From Paraspadella gotoi (taxonomy: Eukaryota > Animalia > Chaetognatha): DNA of 64,000 nucleotides. Made by a program: the position numbers and the translations under genes. The stretch is taken from the NCBI GenBank assembly GCA_051294375.1, contig CM119267.1:22259486-22323485 (forward strand), written 5' to 3'. Shown here piece after piece: positions 63,688-64,000 of this stretch (the first letter of the stretch is position 1; the number at the start of each line of letters is the position of its first letter). Under the pieces are notes generated by a model that was not told the DNA's origin, ran no database searches, and was given only the letters and a program-made list of their open reading frames with translations.

Positions 63688-64000
63688 AAGTGAGCCCTTG
63701 ATGTGGGCGGGGCGAGGTGTCGTCTTTAAAAAGAGTATAAAGACCGAAGAGTGGTCGCGAAGCTTGTGGTCGCTTCGAGGACAATACGACAGAAAAACCG
63801 ATGGGTAGTTTTATCGTTAGCGTTCGAGATGGGGAGGAAGGGGGGGAAAGGGAAGAGGCGACGGGGACTTTTACCCCCCACCAGCGACCCGTTTTCCTCA
63901 GAGCTACAATGTAATAGGTTTTGATATCGTTAATTTTTTAAATGAATCAAAATCAAATACTGAATTATTAAAGAGGGCTCGTATTAAGGGGGGTTGGAGA

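Overview
Compact, gene-dense eukaryotic DNA from an invertebrate animal, with GC-rich exons, short AT-rich GT-AG introns and one 10-N gap at 19827-19836. All ~18 genes I can support lie on the minus strand. Left to right: LRCH-like, Piwi, ARMH3/C10orf76, two tandem FPGS copies, CC2D2A, a C2H2 zinc finger, GNS sulfatase, invadolysin/LMLN, a degenerate MogA/gephyrin-G fusion protein, an intronless TIGR04141/DUF6119-like ORF, a gene with a MADS-like N-terminus, GATC, a paralogue of that MADS-like gene, Mint/X11, a second C2H2 zinc finger, ARV1, Rieske UQCRFS1 and a BTB-Kelch gene. The most notable structure is at 40835-46249: two constant exons end in one phase-0 donor, followed by seven tandem homologous terminal exons, each with its own phase-0 acceptor and stop codon. 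This resembles a lola/mod(mdg4)-style isoform array built on a domain family I do not recognise. Other points of note: a TRIM and a solo LTR inserted 10 bp apart in one intron, the ARV1 stop codon 3 nt from the next ATG, a DEDD-type Piwi, and an FPGS duplicate with altered glutamate-site motifs. All calls come from reading the sequence by eye; no database searches were run.
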